Shown here: positions 40,998-50,600 of the stretch, piece by piece | Numbering within the stretch: the stretch's first letter is position 1 | How the letters are laid out: every line of letters starts with the position of its first letter | From: Candidatus Hydrogenedentota bacterium | GTDB lineage: Bacteria; Hydrogenedentota; Hydrogenedentia; Hydrogenedentales; SLHB01 | Length of the DNA: 64,000 bases | Direction of reading: 5' to 3' | NCBI GenBank assembly: GCA_963674865.2 | Contig: CAXXYE010000009.1 | Span: 128,001 to 192,000, forward strand | Notes under the pieces: generated by a model | The model's database searches: none | Seen by the model: the letters and a program-made list of their open reading frames with translations, nothing else | Told to the model about the DNA's origin: nothing | Translations under genes and position numbers: made by a program

Positions 40998-43900
40998 TCA
41001 CCAACCTTCGGCCACGGCCTCGATCCCGCAGATAATCGGCGGCCTAACGGTTTCGGGGTCGGCGTTCCGAAGTTCCACCGTCAACACATCCCGGACCTGA
41101 ATGCCCTGGAAGTCCTTTACCAGAGGCCGCATAGGCGCGCCCGCCTCTTGCACAATGTCTAGCCGCTCCAGCAAAGCTTGGCCTCCTTGCACCGAAACGC
41201 CAAAGACGCGCTGATGTGGCCCAATCGGCTCCGGTTCAACGAAATGGAGCCGTACCGTATAGGGCCGGGCCTCGGCCGCCTTCTCCATGAGCTTAACGCG
41301 AACGGACTCGATACCCTTCCCGCCGGAGGCCGCGACCCATCTCAGGCCCTCGTCATCGAGCCGCAGAGAATGGTGGCGAAACCACTCCGGCCGCTCGGGC
41401 GTGACGGACACCGGTATGTCCGGCGAAGGGCCCCCAACACTGGGATAGTCCAGCCAGAGCGTTCCCTCGGGCGTGAGGCGATCTCCCGGCGCGCCCAGGT
41501 TGATGCCTACGCGCTTGATGGGATCGTCCCCGGCCTCGTACTCGTTGAATGTCCACGCTTCGGCATCCGGCATATGTACGAGGGCGAGCGACGTCTGATT
41601 CTGATAGGCACAGGAGCAAGTACGCGTGTAGTCGGGGGCGTTGAGCACGCCATTCGCGGCTACCAGGCACGCGGAGCAACCTGACTTGAAACCACCGAAG
41701 TTGCCCGTGCCGCCGCCGGACCCCATGTCGTAGTAACCGGCCGCGCCTGAGCGGAATGTGAGGACGTACTCGGCGGCGATGGGATAATTACACCCGTACT
41801 TGCGGGACCACGTCCACGGCAAGATCTTTCCCGTAAGGGGATGCTGCCGCTCGACTACCTTTCCCGTAAGCAGATCGAACATCCCGCCCTCGGTGACAAT
41901 CGTGCGGCCATGAAGCAAAGGAAACGTCGGATATTCGCGCGATTCATCCCAAAGCACGGCCCCATCCGACCCGCGGTAGGCAACCATCCGCTCCCCGGTT
42001 TCACCACGCACCTGATCGCGCGAGGGCCGGGTGGTTTGGAGCAATGTGTCGTATTCCTCGGAATAGCAGAGGAACGAGCCGAAAACCGTATCCGTTTCCT
42101 CCCAAATGACGCGGCCCGTGCGCACGTCGACGGCAAGCAGTCGGTAGTCGGAGGGAGGCTTCGCGCCGCGCCGCGCAAGCTGGCCCTCGATGTGAGGCGG
42201 GAGCTTGTCCAGACAGAACAAGGTGCCGCCGCCAATGGCGGTGCCGTTGTGCAGGAAGCCGTGCCGCGCATCGATCTGCCAGAGTATCTCCCCCGACCTC
42301 CGGTTCATTCCAAGAAGCCGGTGACTCGCACTGCGATCGAAATCCTCCCAGATCGAGTACTCCTTCTTCTTCGTCGGCAGAATGTCCGAGAACGCCACAA
42401 ATCCCGCGCCCGCGATCAAGAGATCGTCATAGACACCAATGTAGCCCCAGGGCGGCGGCTTTGGCCTGCGGGCCTCCGGATCCTCGAAGGGGAGAGATAT
42501 GTTGCCCGTGATTTCTCCCGTGGCTGGGTCGAGCACCGCACACGTCCCGCCCTGAATGACGTAGATGGCGTCCTGAGTCGCCACAAAGTTCGTGCCGCGG
42601 ATATTCGCGCCGGGGATGTGTACCTGGTTGTAGATGGGAACCGTTGGCGCATCTTTGTAGGTTTTGTTGAAATAGGTATCGAAGGTATCCAGCCCGTAGA
42701 GCGGCGTCTTCCACAATACGCGGCCGGTGTAGACGTCGCGCGCGCTGAGGCAGTCCATCCCCTCGATGAAAAGGCGGCCGTCCACCACTTGCTCCGTTGG
42801 GCCGTGTCCGTGCCGCGGCAGCACGTCCAGGTTCGAGGGACCCCCGAACCAGAGCAGGCCAAGGGGCAACCTCACCAACGTATCATCCGATTTGCCTGTC
42901 TGGGCGGGATTGCCGAGAAGGTGCGTCCAATTGGCCGCGCCGGGTAGAGGTCCCTTCCGGAACATGATCAGATCCAGCCCCTCAGACTCGACGTCAAGCC
43001 CCGGGAAATCGCCCGACCGCGCGGCGCCGGCCGCGGAGGCGAAGTCCTCGGGACTCAGGTTACGGAGCCAGGCCGCGCCGCCGTAGGGACGCATCGAGTG
43101 GAACACGCGCGCCAGAAGCGTCTCGTCATCCATGGCGGCCGGCGTATCCGCGTAGTCGACAATCGTGAGCGATGCGATGTACGGCGGCGCCTCAAACGTA
43201 AGGGGATCGCCCTGATGTATGGCTAGGCGACGCCCGTAGATTCCCTTGCCGTCGAAATGCTCCCGGAGGTCGCCGATGGGCGCCCCCTCGGGAACGACGG
43301 CGATCACACAGAGGTCCGAGCCGCTTACCAGAGCTTCGAGCAAGTCGGCATCACCGCGGCCGAAATAGAGCGCATAGCCCGCCGAAGCGCCCGTCTGCTC
43401 GAGGATATCCAATGCCTCGCGCATGCCGTCTGGAGCGGGCCCCGCCGGGACGGGGCGATCCATGGCTTGACGAACGCGCTGCCGGCGCGGCCCGAAAGCC
43501 ATGATCCGGCCGTCCTCCGTCACCGCGAACAACTTGCCGTCCGCGGCCACGAGCCGTTTGATGTCGCCCTCGACCGTCTTGGCCCATGCGATTTGCGGTG
43601 TGTCTCCCGCCTCGGACAGTTCGATGGCCGTGATCCGCTGGTTGCCGGCGGCGTAGAGCCGCCCGCCCGCGCGGATGAGGTCGCCCGAAGCATCCACATC
43701 GAGTTCCCAGCGCCGGGCAGCCTCCCAATCCTTGGGGTCGGCACGCACCTGGGCCGCGTCGTATGCACTCACGGTGGAGCCCGAGAAGTAATAGAGGCCG
43801 TCCGATACCACCGGCTGCGTACCGATGCTCCTGACGAGTATGTCGCCCGTGTCGAGGTCGTACAGGGTGGTGACCTTCTCCCGGTGGTGATTGAAGAACG

Positions 43901-44750
43901 CGCCCTCACCCGCGCACACGAAGGCCCCCCCTGTCTTCCCGCTGCTCCCAAGTCGGTAATACAAGAGGTCGCCCGTGGCGCGATCAAGGGCCGCGGGAAC
44001 CGACCGGCCACCCGGGACAAGCAGCTTGTCGCCCGCCACCACGAAGGCGCCTTGAGGCCCTACACCCGCGAAGGACAGCGCCCCACCGTGGGGCTGCTGC
44101 TGAAAAGTGGCGCTGTCGGCGTCGTTCAGCCAGATAGTCTCCCCGGTTTCGGGGTCGAGCGCGTACATGAACGTGCCCATCATCGGCCAGATGCTGGCCG
44201 CAAAATAGAGCACGCCGTCGGCTATCACGGGGCCGCCCCGAACCGGCCACATCGAAATCACGCGCTTGTTGCCCAGGACCTTCCGGCCATCCGGCCCGCC
44301 ATGGCGCCGCCATAAGAGCTTGCCGTTCTTGCCGTTAAGGCAATACAAGCAGCCATCGTCGGAACCGAAGTAAACCTTCCCCTGCCAAGCCACCGGAGGG
44401 AGGCGGACGGGCCCGTCGGTGTAGAAAGCCCACTTCTCCTTCCCGGTGCCGGTGTCGAGGGCAGCCAGTTTGTCCGCGTCATTGAAGCCGACGAACAACG
44501 TGTCGCCCGCCACAACCGGCTCGAAGAATGTGTCATAGGGCATCAAGTCCCAGTTCAAGGGATCATCCCAAACCGGCTCGCGGGGGGGATACTGCCGCAC
44601 CCACTGAAGGTGGAGTTCGCCGGGGAGATCCTCGGGCGAGGCCGCGCTGCGCGATGCGTCGCACCGCCACATAGGCCAGTCACCGGCCAAGCCGACCGGT
44701 GCTATCAGCGCGAAAAAGCAGAAAAGACTGACGATTCGAGGCAATATCAT
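40998..44750 (-). CDS. PQQ-like (BamB-type) beta-propeller repeat protein with C-terminal malectin-like domain
   Basis: DWPMWR, ALDTGTGKEKW, ARDVYTGRVLW repeats; YTVRLHFVEP...RVFGVSVQG...LDIVQEAG...ICGIE malectin-like end. Confidence 0.75.
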   Translation of the reverse strand: MILPRIVSLFCFFALIAPVGLAGDWPMWRCDASRSAASPEDLPGELHLQWVRQYPPREPVWDDPLNWDLMPYDTFFEPVVAGDTLFVGFNDADKLAALDTGTGKEKWAFYTDGPVRLPPVAWQGKVYFGSDDGCLYCLNGKNGKLLWRRHGGPDGRKVLGNKRVISMWPVRGGPVIADGVLYFAASIWPMMGTFMYALDPETGETIWLNDADSATFQQQPHGGALSFAGVGPQGAFVVAGDKLLVPGGRSVPAALDRATGDLLYYRLGSSGKTGGAFVCAGEGAFFNHHREKVTTLYDLDTGDILVRSIGTQPVVSDGLYYFSGSTVSAYDAAQVRADPKDWEAARRWELDVDASGDLIRAGGRLYAAGNQRITAIELSEAGDTPQIAWAKTVEGDIKRLVAADGKLFAVTEDGRIMAFGPRRQRVRQAMDRPVPAGPAPDGMREALDILEQTGASAGYALYFGRGDADLLEALVSGSDLCVIAVVPEGAPIGDLREHFDGKGIYGRRLAIHQGDPLTFEAPPYIASLTIVDYADTPAAMDDETLLARVFHSMRPYGGAAWLRNLSPEDFASAAGAARSGDFPGLDVESEGLDLIMFRKGPLPGAANWTHLLGNPAQTGKSDDTLVRLPLGLLWFGGPSNLDVLPRHGHGPTEQVVDGRLFIEGMDCLSARDVYTGRVLWKTPLYGLDTFDTYFNKTYKDAPTVPIYNQVHIPGANIRGTNFVATQDAIYVIQGGTCAVLDPATGEITGNISLPFEDPEARRPKPPPWGYIGVYDDLLIAGAGFVAFSDILPTKKKEYSIWEDFDRSASHRLLGMNRRSGEILWQIDARHGFLHNGTAIGGGTLFCLDKLPPHIEGQLARRGAKPPSDYRLLAVDVRTGRVIWEETDTVFGSFLCYSEEYDTLLQTTRPSRDQVRGETGERMVAYRGSDGAVLWDESREYPTFPLLHGRTIVTEGGMFDLLTGKVVERQHPLTGKILPWTWSRKYGCNYPIAAEYVLTFRSGAAGYYDMGSGGGTGNFGGFKSGCSACLVAANGVLNAPDYTRTCSCAYQNQTSLALVHMPDAEAWTFNEYEAGDDPIKRVGINLGAPGDRLTPEGTLWLDYPSVGGPSPDIPVSVTPERPEWFRHHSLRLDDEGLRWVAASGGKGIESVRVKLMEKAAEARPYTVRLHFVEPEPIGPHQRVFGVSVQGGQALLERLDIVQEAGAPMRPLVKDFQGIQVRDVLTVELRNADPETVRPPIICGIEAVAEGW

Positions 44751-45032
44751 GAAGGGATCGACCTCACTCTCTTGGGGAGGGAACACTACCGAAAGGGGTA
44801 TTCCATCGATTCGACTATGGCAGCCAGGGAAGGCACAACAATACAAGTTTACCCGCTCGGTGCCACGCCCTGTCAAGTTGGCGCTCGGGCCTGCAACGCT
44901 ACGCTCGTTGATACCAGCGGCGTTTTGAGTTCCTTCCTGTGCTGCGCACGATGAGTCCGTCGCCTGTTGAACCTAAGCATGTCCCTGGGCATACTCTCAA
45001 AAGAGCTGGCTCAAACCGAGGAGACGCTCACG

Positions 45033-45422
45033 TTGGCAGGCAAGGGAAAGGCCGTGCGGTCAGGCAGGGAACTTCGCGACAAAGTGGCGGCACTCGCCGA
45101 CTCCCTCGGCCTCAATGTCGAGACGGAAGTCCAGGTGGGACGCCGTATCTGGGGCGCGAAGCGTCATATCGATGTCGTCGTAAAACACCCCGAGACGCGT
45201 GTCAGCCTTGGAATTGAGTGCAAATTCCAGGATTCTCGCGGCACAGCGGAGGAGAAGATCCCCGCAACCATCGACGACATAAAGGCTTGGCCCATAAGAG
45301 GAATCGTGGTGTACGCAGGCAAAGGATTCACCCCCAACATGGAGTCATATCTTGTCTCCACGGGCGCTGCAATCGGATTTGAAGACCTGCAAAGCTGGTT
45401 GGAGTTGTACTTCGGCTTATGA
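45033..45422 (+). CDS. Small PD-(D/E)XK nuclease
   Basis: HIDVVV...GIECKFQ...GTAEEK; likely TTG start after GAGGAG (alternative ATG 44979); stop overlaps the methylase ATG. Confidence 0.7.
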   Translation: MAGKGKAVRSGRELRDKVAALADSLGLNVETEVQVGRRIWGAKRHIDVVVKHPETRVSLGIECKFQDSRGTAEEKIPATIDDIKAWPIRGIVVYAGKGFTPNMESYLVSTGAAIGFEDLQSWLELYFGL

Positions 45423-46285
45423 GGAAGTCTTCCCGGAACTTGGCAGTACCACGTCCGTTCCTCAAATGGGCCGGAGGGAAAGGTCAATTACTCGAGGAGT
45501 TGGCCGGCCGGGTGCAAGCGGCCCAGCCGTTCGGGCGATACCACGAACCGTTCGTCGGCGGCGGGGCACTCTTTTTCGGATTGACCCGCAGCGGCGCCCT
45601 GGAAGGAAGACAAGCCCATCTCTCCGACAATAACGCCCCCCTCGTCGAGGCCTACCAGGCCGTGAGAGACGACGTGGACGGCGTGATCGCGCTCCTCAAG
45701 AGGCACAAAAGGCGTCACTCAAAGGCACACTATTACCAAGTCCGGGCGAAAGTGCCTGACGCGCCCGTGGCGCGGGCGGCGCGGATCATCTATCTCAACC
45801 GCACCTGTTTCAACGGCCTGTACCGGGAAAACTCGCGCGGCGAGTTCAACGTCCCCTTGGGCAGGTACGAGAAGCCGGTGATCTGCGATGAGGAGAACCT
45901 CCGCGCCGTCGCGGCGGCGCTCAAGACGGCCACCATCGAGAACCGCCACTTCGCGAGCATCCTGGATCGCGCCGTCGAAGGCGACTTTGTCTACTTCGAT
46001 CCCCCCTACCACCCCGTCTCGCAAACGGCGTCGTTCACATCGTACGACAGGAATGGATTCGGCCCCGACGATCAGCGCCACCTCGCCGAAGTGGTGGCCG
46101 AACTCACTGAGAAGGGAATCAAGGTTCTGCTCTCGAATTCGATGACGGACTTCGTGAAGGAACTCTACAGCGATTTCACCATCGAGGAGGTCTTCGCGGC
46201 GCGTTCCGTCAATAGCCGGGCCGACCGCCGGGGCAAAATCAGCGAGGCCCTGGTGAGCAATTTCGCCCTCACGCCTTCCGATTAG
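45419..46285 (+). CDS. dam: Dam-family (alpha-class) N6-adenine DNA methyltransferase
   Basis: FLKWAGGK, EPFVGGGA, YLNRTCFNGLYRENSRGEFNVP, DPPY, LLSNS. Confidence 0.9.
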   Translation: MRKSSRNLAVPRPFLKWAGGKGQLLEELAGRVQAAQPFGRYHEPFVGGGALFFGLTRSGALEGRQAHLSDNNAPLVEAYQAVRDDVDGVIALLKRHKRRHSKAHYYQVRAKVPDAPVARAARIIYLNRTCFNGLYRENSRGEFNVPLGRYEKPVICDEENLRAVAAALKTATIENRHFASILDRAVEGDFVYFDPPYHPVSQTASFTSYDRNGFGPDDQRHLAEVVAELTEKGIKVLLSNSMTDFVKELYSDFTIEEVFAARSVNSRADRRGKISEALVSNFALTPSD

Positions 46286-46399
46286 AGCGGCAACAAGGCC
46301 TCGGAAAAGGCACAGCAAGTGGCTCACTACTGAATAACTTCCCGCCGCCGTGTGTTTCCGTTGGCATCACCTTTAGCGGGAGAACAAGGAGAAGGACAT

Positions 46400-46918
46400 A
46401 TGACGGAACGCACGGGAGAATTAACATTCCAGGGCAATCCGCTCACCGTGATTGGCGCGAAACTTGACGCAGGCGACAAGGCGCCGGATTTCAACTTGCT
46501 GGCCAATGACTTATCCCCGGTTCACCTGGCCGACAGCGCCGGGAAGGTCAGGCTCATCAGCGTCGTGCCCTCGCTGGACACAGGCGTATGCGACGCCCAG
46601 ACGCGGCGCTTCAATGAAGCCCTTAGCGCCCTCGGGGAGGGCGTCGTCGGCTATACCGTCAGCGCGGACCTCCCCTTCGCCCAGGCGCGCTGGTGCGGCG
46701 CGGCCGGCGTCGAGCGGATCGAGACGCTCTCCGACCACTTCGACATGGCCTTTGGCGACGCGTACGGCACGCATATCAAGGAACTTCGGCTCGAACAGCG
46801 CGCGGTGCTCGTCATCGACGGTGAGGGCGTGGTGCGCTACGTCGAATACGTTGCGGAAGTCACGGACCACCCGGACTACGAAGGGGCTCTGGCCGCCGTA
46901 GAGAAGCTGGCCGGCTAG
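46400..46918 (+). CDS. tpx: Thiol peroxidase (atypical 2-Cys peroxiredoxin)
   Basis: VPSLDTGVCDAQTRRFN, SADLPFAQARWCG, HPDYE. Confidence 0.95.
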   Translation: MTERTGELTFQGNPLTVIGAKLDAGDKAPDFNLLANDLSPVHLADSAGKVRLISVVPSLDTGVCDAQTRRFNEALSALGEGVVGYTVSADLPFAQARWCGAAGVERIETLSDHFDMAFGDAYGTHIKELRLEQRAVLVIDGEGVVRYVEYVAEVTDHPDYEGALAAVEKLAG

Positions 46919-47022
46919 ACGCGCACGCGACCTCATCATTTGACGCGACGATTCCCCAGGCGTAGATTGTCTTCATCCTCTATCGCGATAGGCATCGGCC
47001 GATTTCTTTGGGGAGAAGCACC

Positions 47023-49827
47023 ATGCGGCTGTTCGTCGTCCTGTCCCTCGTCGCATCCATTTCCACCACGCTGTGGGCGCAACCGGATCGAGCAACACGC
47101 CCCGAACTCGAGCGGCTCCTCGATTCGAGCGTAGAAGCCTGGCGGTTCAAATTGGGGGAGACGCCCGGGGCGGAGGCTGCGGACTGCGACGACGCGGCCT
47201 GGGAGGTCGTGGATGTGGGCCACAAATGGTGGCCACACAACTCTACCTGCTGGTATCGGAAGCGTCTGACGATCCCCGAGAGGGTGAACGGTATTCCCGC
47301 CGCGGGGGCCACGCTCCGGCTCAAGGTCGCTATGGACAACGAGGCGAAGGCCTACGTCAACGGCAAGTTCAAGCAGCAGTTCACGTGGGACGACGGCGAT
47401 TTCGTCGTGGTGGAGAACGCCCGGCCCGGCGATACCGTCAGCGTGGCGCTATACGGCATCAACCGCCCCGGCTACGGCTCACTGTATCAGGCATACCTTG
47501 TGTCCAGCGCCAGCGGGCCGATGGTGGAGGCCATACGCGGCTTCCTCGAACAAGTGGACACGGCCCTGAGCGATGCGGCATTCGCCCCGCCGGAGAACGT
47601 GGCCCATTGGGAGCGGCGCGTCGCCGAAGCCATGGCCCGCATCGACATGAACGCCTACTACCGGGCCGATCACGGCGCGTTCGTGGCATCCGTCGAGCTC
47701 GCGCATGCGGCGCTCATGGGCGACCTCAAGGGACTCGACCGCCAACTCGCCCGGACCGGCCGCAAGCTGATGCGCCTCAAGCAGGAGATCGCCGAGGGGC
47801 GCGCCGAGGGCCTCCAGCTGGCCTACCAGGAAGCCGCCGCGCGCGTCGTCGAGAGTTTCCAAGACTACGTCCGAGAGGATGTGGCCGACCCGAATCCGCT
47901 CCATCGCATCCGGGGACTCAAGAATGCCCAGTACATCGAGCGGTTGTGTGGTACGACGCGTGACGAAGTCGCGGCCATTCGCGCCAACCCGGCCCTCGAG
48001 CGGCGGGTGCCGCTCTATAAGACGGGCGCATACACCATCGAAGACGGTGCTTTTTGGCAGAACAATCATCCCGTCTTCTTCACGGGGGTGGGCCACTTCG
48101 GGCAAGTCCATAAGGATACGCCCATCCTGACGCAGTACGGCCTGAACATCATCCAGATCGAGATGGGGCCCAACAGCGTCTTGACGGCCCCGGACACCGT
48201 CGACGTCGAGCCCATCGAGCAGCGGATTGTGGCCACGCTCGATGCGGCCGCGGCGCACAATGTGGCCGTAAACCTGCTGATCTCGCCGCATTACTTCCCA
48301 GAATGGGCCGTCGAGGCCGATCCGGAACACGCTGAGTGCGGGCACGGCTTCATCAAGTACTGCATCGAGGCCCCGAACGCGCGCCAAGTGCACGAGACGT
48401 ACCTGCGCACGCTCATGCCGCGCATCGCCCATCACCCGGCCTTGCACAGCATCTGCCTGAGCAACGAACCGCTCTACAAGGGCCAAAGCGTGTACGCACG
48501 GCCGAAGTGGCGCCAATGGCTGGTTGAGCGGCACGGCACCGTGCGCGCCATGAACGCGGTATACGACACCGACTTCCGCTCGTTCGCTGAGGTGCCCATG
48601 CCGGAAGATGATGCGAACTATGCGCTCTTCTTCGACTGGTGCCGGTTCAATCAGGACCGCTTTCTGGCGTTTCACGCCTTCCTGCGCGATATCATCCACG
48701 AATACGACCCGGATCTGCCCGTCCACGCCAAGGTGATGTCGCTGGCGTTCGGCGACCCGAGCCGGTTCGAAACGGGGATCAACCACGAGGATTTCAACCA
48801 CCTCGGCCGCATCACCGGCAATGACTGCTGGGTGGCCTACAAACAGGACAAGGAGAGCGAGTACATCGCAAGCTGGATCGTCGCGGCGACAAATTACCGG
48901 CTTCAGCGAAGCACACGGCCCGCCTTCCCGATCTTCAATTCAGAGGCGCACGTAATCCCCGATGGAGAAACCATTTATGTCTCTGACTCCTATATCCGGA
49001 ACGCCTATTGGATGCAGGCGCTGCACGGCCAAGGCGCCGCAACCACCTGGGTGTGGGAGCGCGGCCAAGAGGGCGACCTGGCCGGGAACATCCTGACGCG
49101 GCCGAACTGCGTACGCGCCCTCGGAACCATCGCCCTCGACCTGAACCGGCTCGGCCGTGAAGTCCTGACCTTGCAGCAGCAGCGTTCCGACCTGGCCATC
49201 TTCTACGCCTATTCCTCACTGCTCCCATCGTCGGATTTCGCCGACGAGGCCGAGAAGGCCTTCGAGGGCGCATATTTCACGGACACGCTGTGCGATTTCA
49301 TCACAGAGCGCCAAGCGGCCGGCGGCGGCCTCGCCGCGTATAAGGTGGTTGTCGTCCCCCGGGCCGCAAACGTCCCCGAACCGGTGTTCCGGACCTTTCA
49401 GGAGTACCTCGCCCAGGGGGGAACCGTCATGACGGTGGGCAACTGCTTCGCCCGCGACGAGTATGGCCGGCCGCGCGCGGAACGGCTCGTGGCAAGGGAC
49501 AATGGCCGCCTCGCCGCTTATCCCGACTCACTGACGCCGCGCGCCTACCGCGAGATCCTCAACGGATTGCTCGATGACGCGGGGGCCGAGCGCCGCGTTC
49601 GCGTGGCAGGCGAGCACGGCGAGCCGCTCTGGGGAATCAACCTGCGCACCGTGGAATGGAACGGCAAGCAGTTGGTCGCCCTGGCCAACTTCACGCGAGA
49701 CACGCAAACCGTCACACTCAAACCGCCCCGGCCGTTCACACGCGCCATGGACCTCTTCAACAACACCGAAGCGTCCTTCCCTCTGGCCGTTCCCCCGCTC
49801 GAACCGGTGCTCCTGGCCCTGGAATAG
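47023..49827 (+). CDS. Exported GH42-like glycoside hydrolase with N-terminal galactose-binding-like domain
   Basis: Signal peptide; WRFKLG...WYRKRL...YVNG GH2-type sugar-binding domain; PHYFPEW, LSNEP, FNSEAH; GATase-like C-terminus. Confidence 0.7.
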   Translation: MRLFVVLSLVASISTTLWAQPDRATRPELERLLDSSVEAWRFKLGETPGAEAADCDDAAWEVVDVGHKWWPHNSTCWYRKRLTIPERVNGIPAAGATLRLKVAMDNEAKAYVNGKFKQQFTWDDGDFVVVENARPGDTVSVALYGINRPGYGSLYQAYLVSSASGPMVEAIRGFLEQVDTALSDAAFAPPENVAHWERRVAEAMARIDMNAYYRADHGAFVASVELAHAALMGDLKGLDRQLARTGRKLMRLKQEIAEGRAEGLQLAYQEAAARVVESFQDYVREDVADPNPLHRIRGLKNAQYIERLCGTTRDEVAAIRANPALERRVPLYKTGAYTIEDGAFWQNNHPVFFTGVGHFGQVHKDTPILTQYGLNIIQIEMGPNSVLTAPDTVDVEPIEQRIVATLDAAAAHNVAVNLLISPHYFPEWAVEADPEHAECGHGFIKYCIEAPNARQVHETYLRTLMPRIAHHPALHSICLSNEPLYKGQSVYARPKWRQWLVERHGTVRAMNAVYDTDFRSFAEVPMPEDDANYALFFDWCRFNQDRFLAFHAFLRDIIHEYDPDLPVHAKVMSLAFGDPSRFETGINHEDFNHLGRITGNDCWVAYKQDKESEYIASWIVAATNYRLQRSTRPAFPIFNSEAHVIPDGETIYVSDSYIRNAYWMQALHGQGAATTWVWERGQEGDLAGNILTRPNCVRALGTIALDLNRLGREVLTLQQQRSDLAIFYAYSSLLPSSDFADEAEKAFEGAYFTDTLCDFITERQAAGGGLAAYKVVVVPRAANVPEPVFRTFQEYLAQGGTVMTVGNCFARDEYGRPRAERLVARDNGRLAAYPDSLTPRAYREILNGLLDDAGAERRVRVAGEHGEPLWGINLRTVEWNGKQLVALANFTRDTQTVTLKPPRPFTRAMDLFNNTEASFPLAVPPLEPVLLALE

Positions 49828-49853
49828 CGGCGAAACGGGCCCGTTCAAGAAAC

Positions 49854-49903
49854 GGGACAGACCCGTCTTGTCCGCCTGCGGCGGACTCGCTTGCGTCAGT
49901 CCC
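49854..49903. repeat. REP-like nested palindrome
   Basis: GGGACAGAC...GTCAGTCCC outer arms enclosing GTCCGCC-TGC-GGCGGAC. Confidence 0.35.
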
Positions 49904-50056
49904 CCTCTCGCTGCGTTTCCCCGGCCGACCCTTCCCAACACGACAATCATCCGTCAGCGTGACGCACACCACTGGACTTTCTGCTACGCTACTCTAAGAA
50001 ACTCCCGCCTCACACGTCTTTATGAATGAAGCCGGTGGTACCCCGGGGAGAAAGGC

Positions 50057-50590
50057 ATGGCAGAAGTCGAAGACGCCCGCACGGCGTGGGTGGAGCGAGC
50101 ACTGGAACGTTATGAAAGGCCGCTCGTGGCGTATGCGCTGCGGCTAACGGGCAATCTCGAGCAGGCCCGCGACGTCGTCCAGGACACGTTCCTCCGGCTG
50201 TGCGCATCCGAACGCGAACGGGTCGACGACCACCTCGGCCCGTGGCTCTTCCACGTCTGCCGCAACCGGGCACTGGACGTGTTGAGAAAGGAGCATCGTA
50301 TGGATTCCTTGACGGACGCCCAGGCGGCTGTCGTTGCGAGCGCGCGGCCGGCCCCGTCCGCCATCGCGGAGCGGCGCGAAGCGACGGATCACGTCCTGGG
50401 AATACTCGACGAACTCCCCGCAAACCAGCAGGAAGTGATACGCCTCAAGTTTCAGCACGGCATGAGCTACAAGGAAATCAGCGAGATCACCGGCCATTCC
50501 GTGTCGAACGTAGGCTATCTCATCCACACCGGCATCAAGGCTATCCGCAGACAGATCCAGTCCACAACCGGCCTCCCGCAGGAGGCCTGA
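50057..50590 (+). CDS. ECF (sigma-70 group 4) RNA polymerase sigma factor
   Basis: ARDVVQDTFLRL, WLFHVCRNRALD (region 2); LPANQQEVIRLK...SYKEISEITG (region 4). Confidence 0.95.
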   Translation: MAEVEDARTAWVERALERYERPLVAYALRLTGNLEQARDVVQDTFLRLCASERERVDDHLGPWLFHVCRNRALDVLRKEHRMDSLTDAQAAVVASARPAPSAIAERREATDHVLGILDELPANQQEVIRLKFQHGMSYKEISEITGHSVSNVGYLIHTGIKAIRRQIQSTTGLPQEA

Positions 50591-50600
50591 GGTATAGGCT

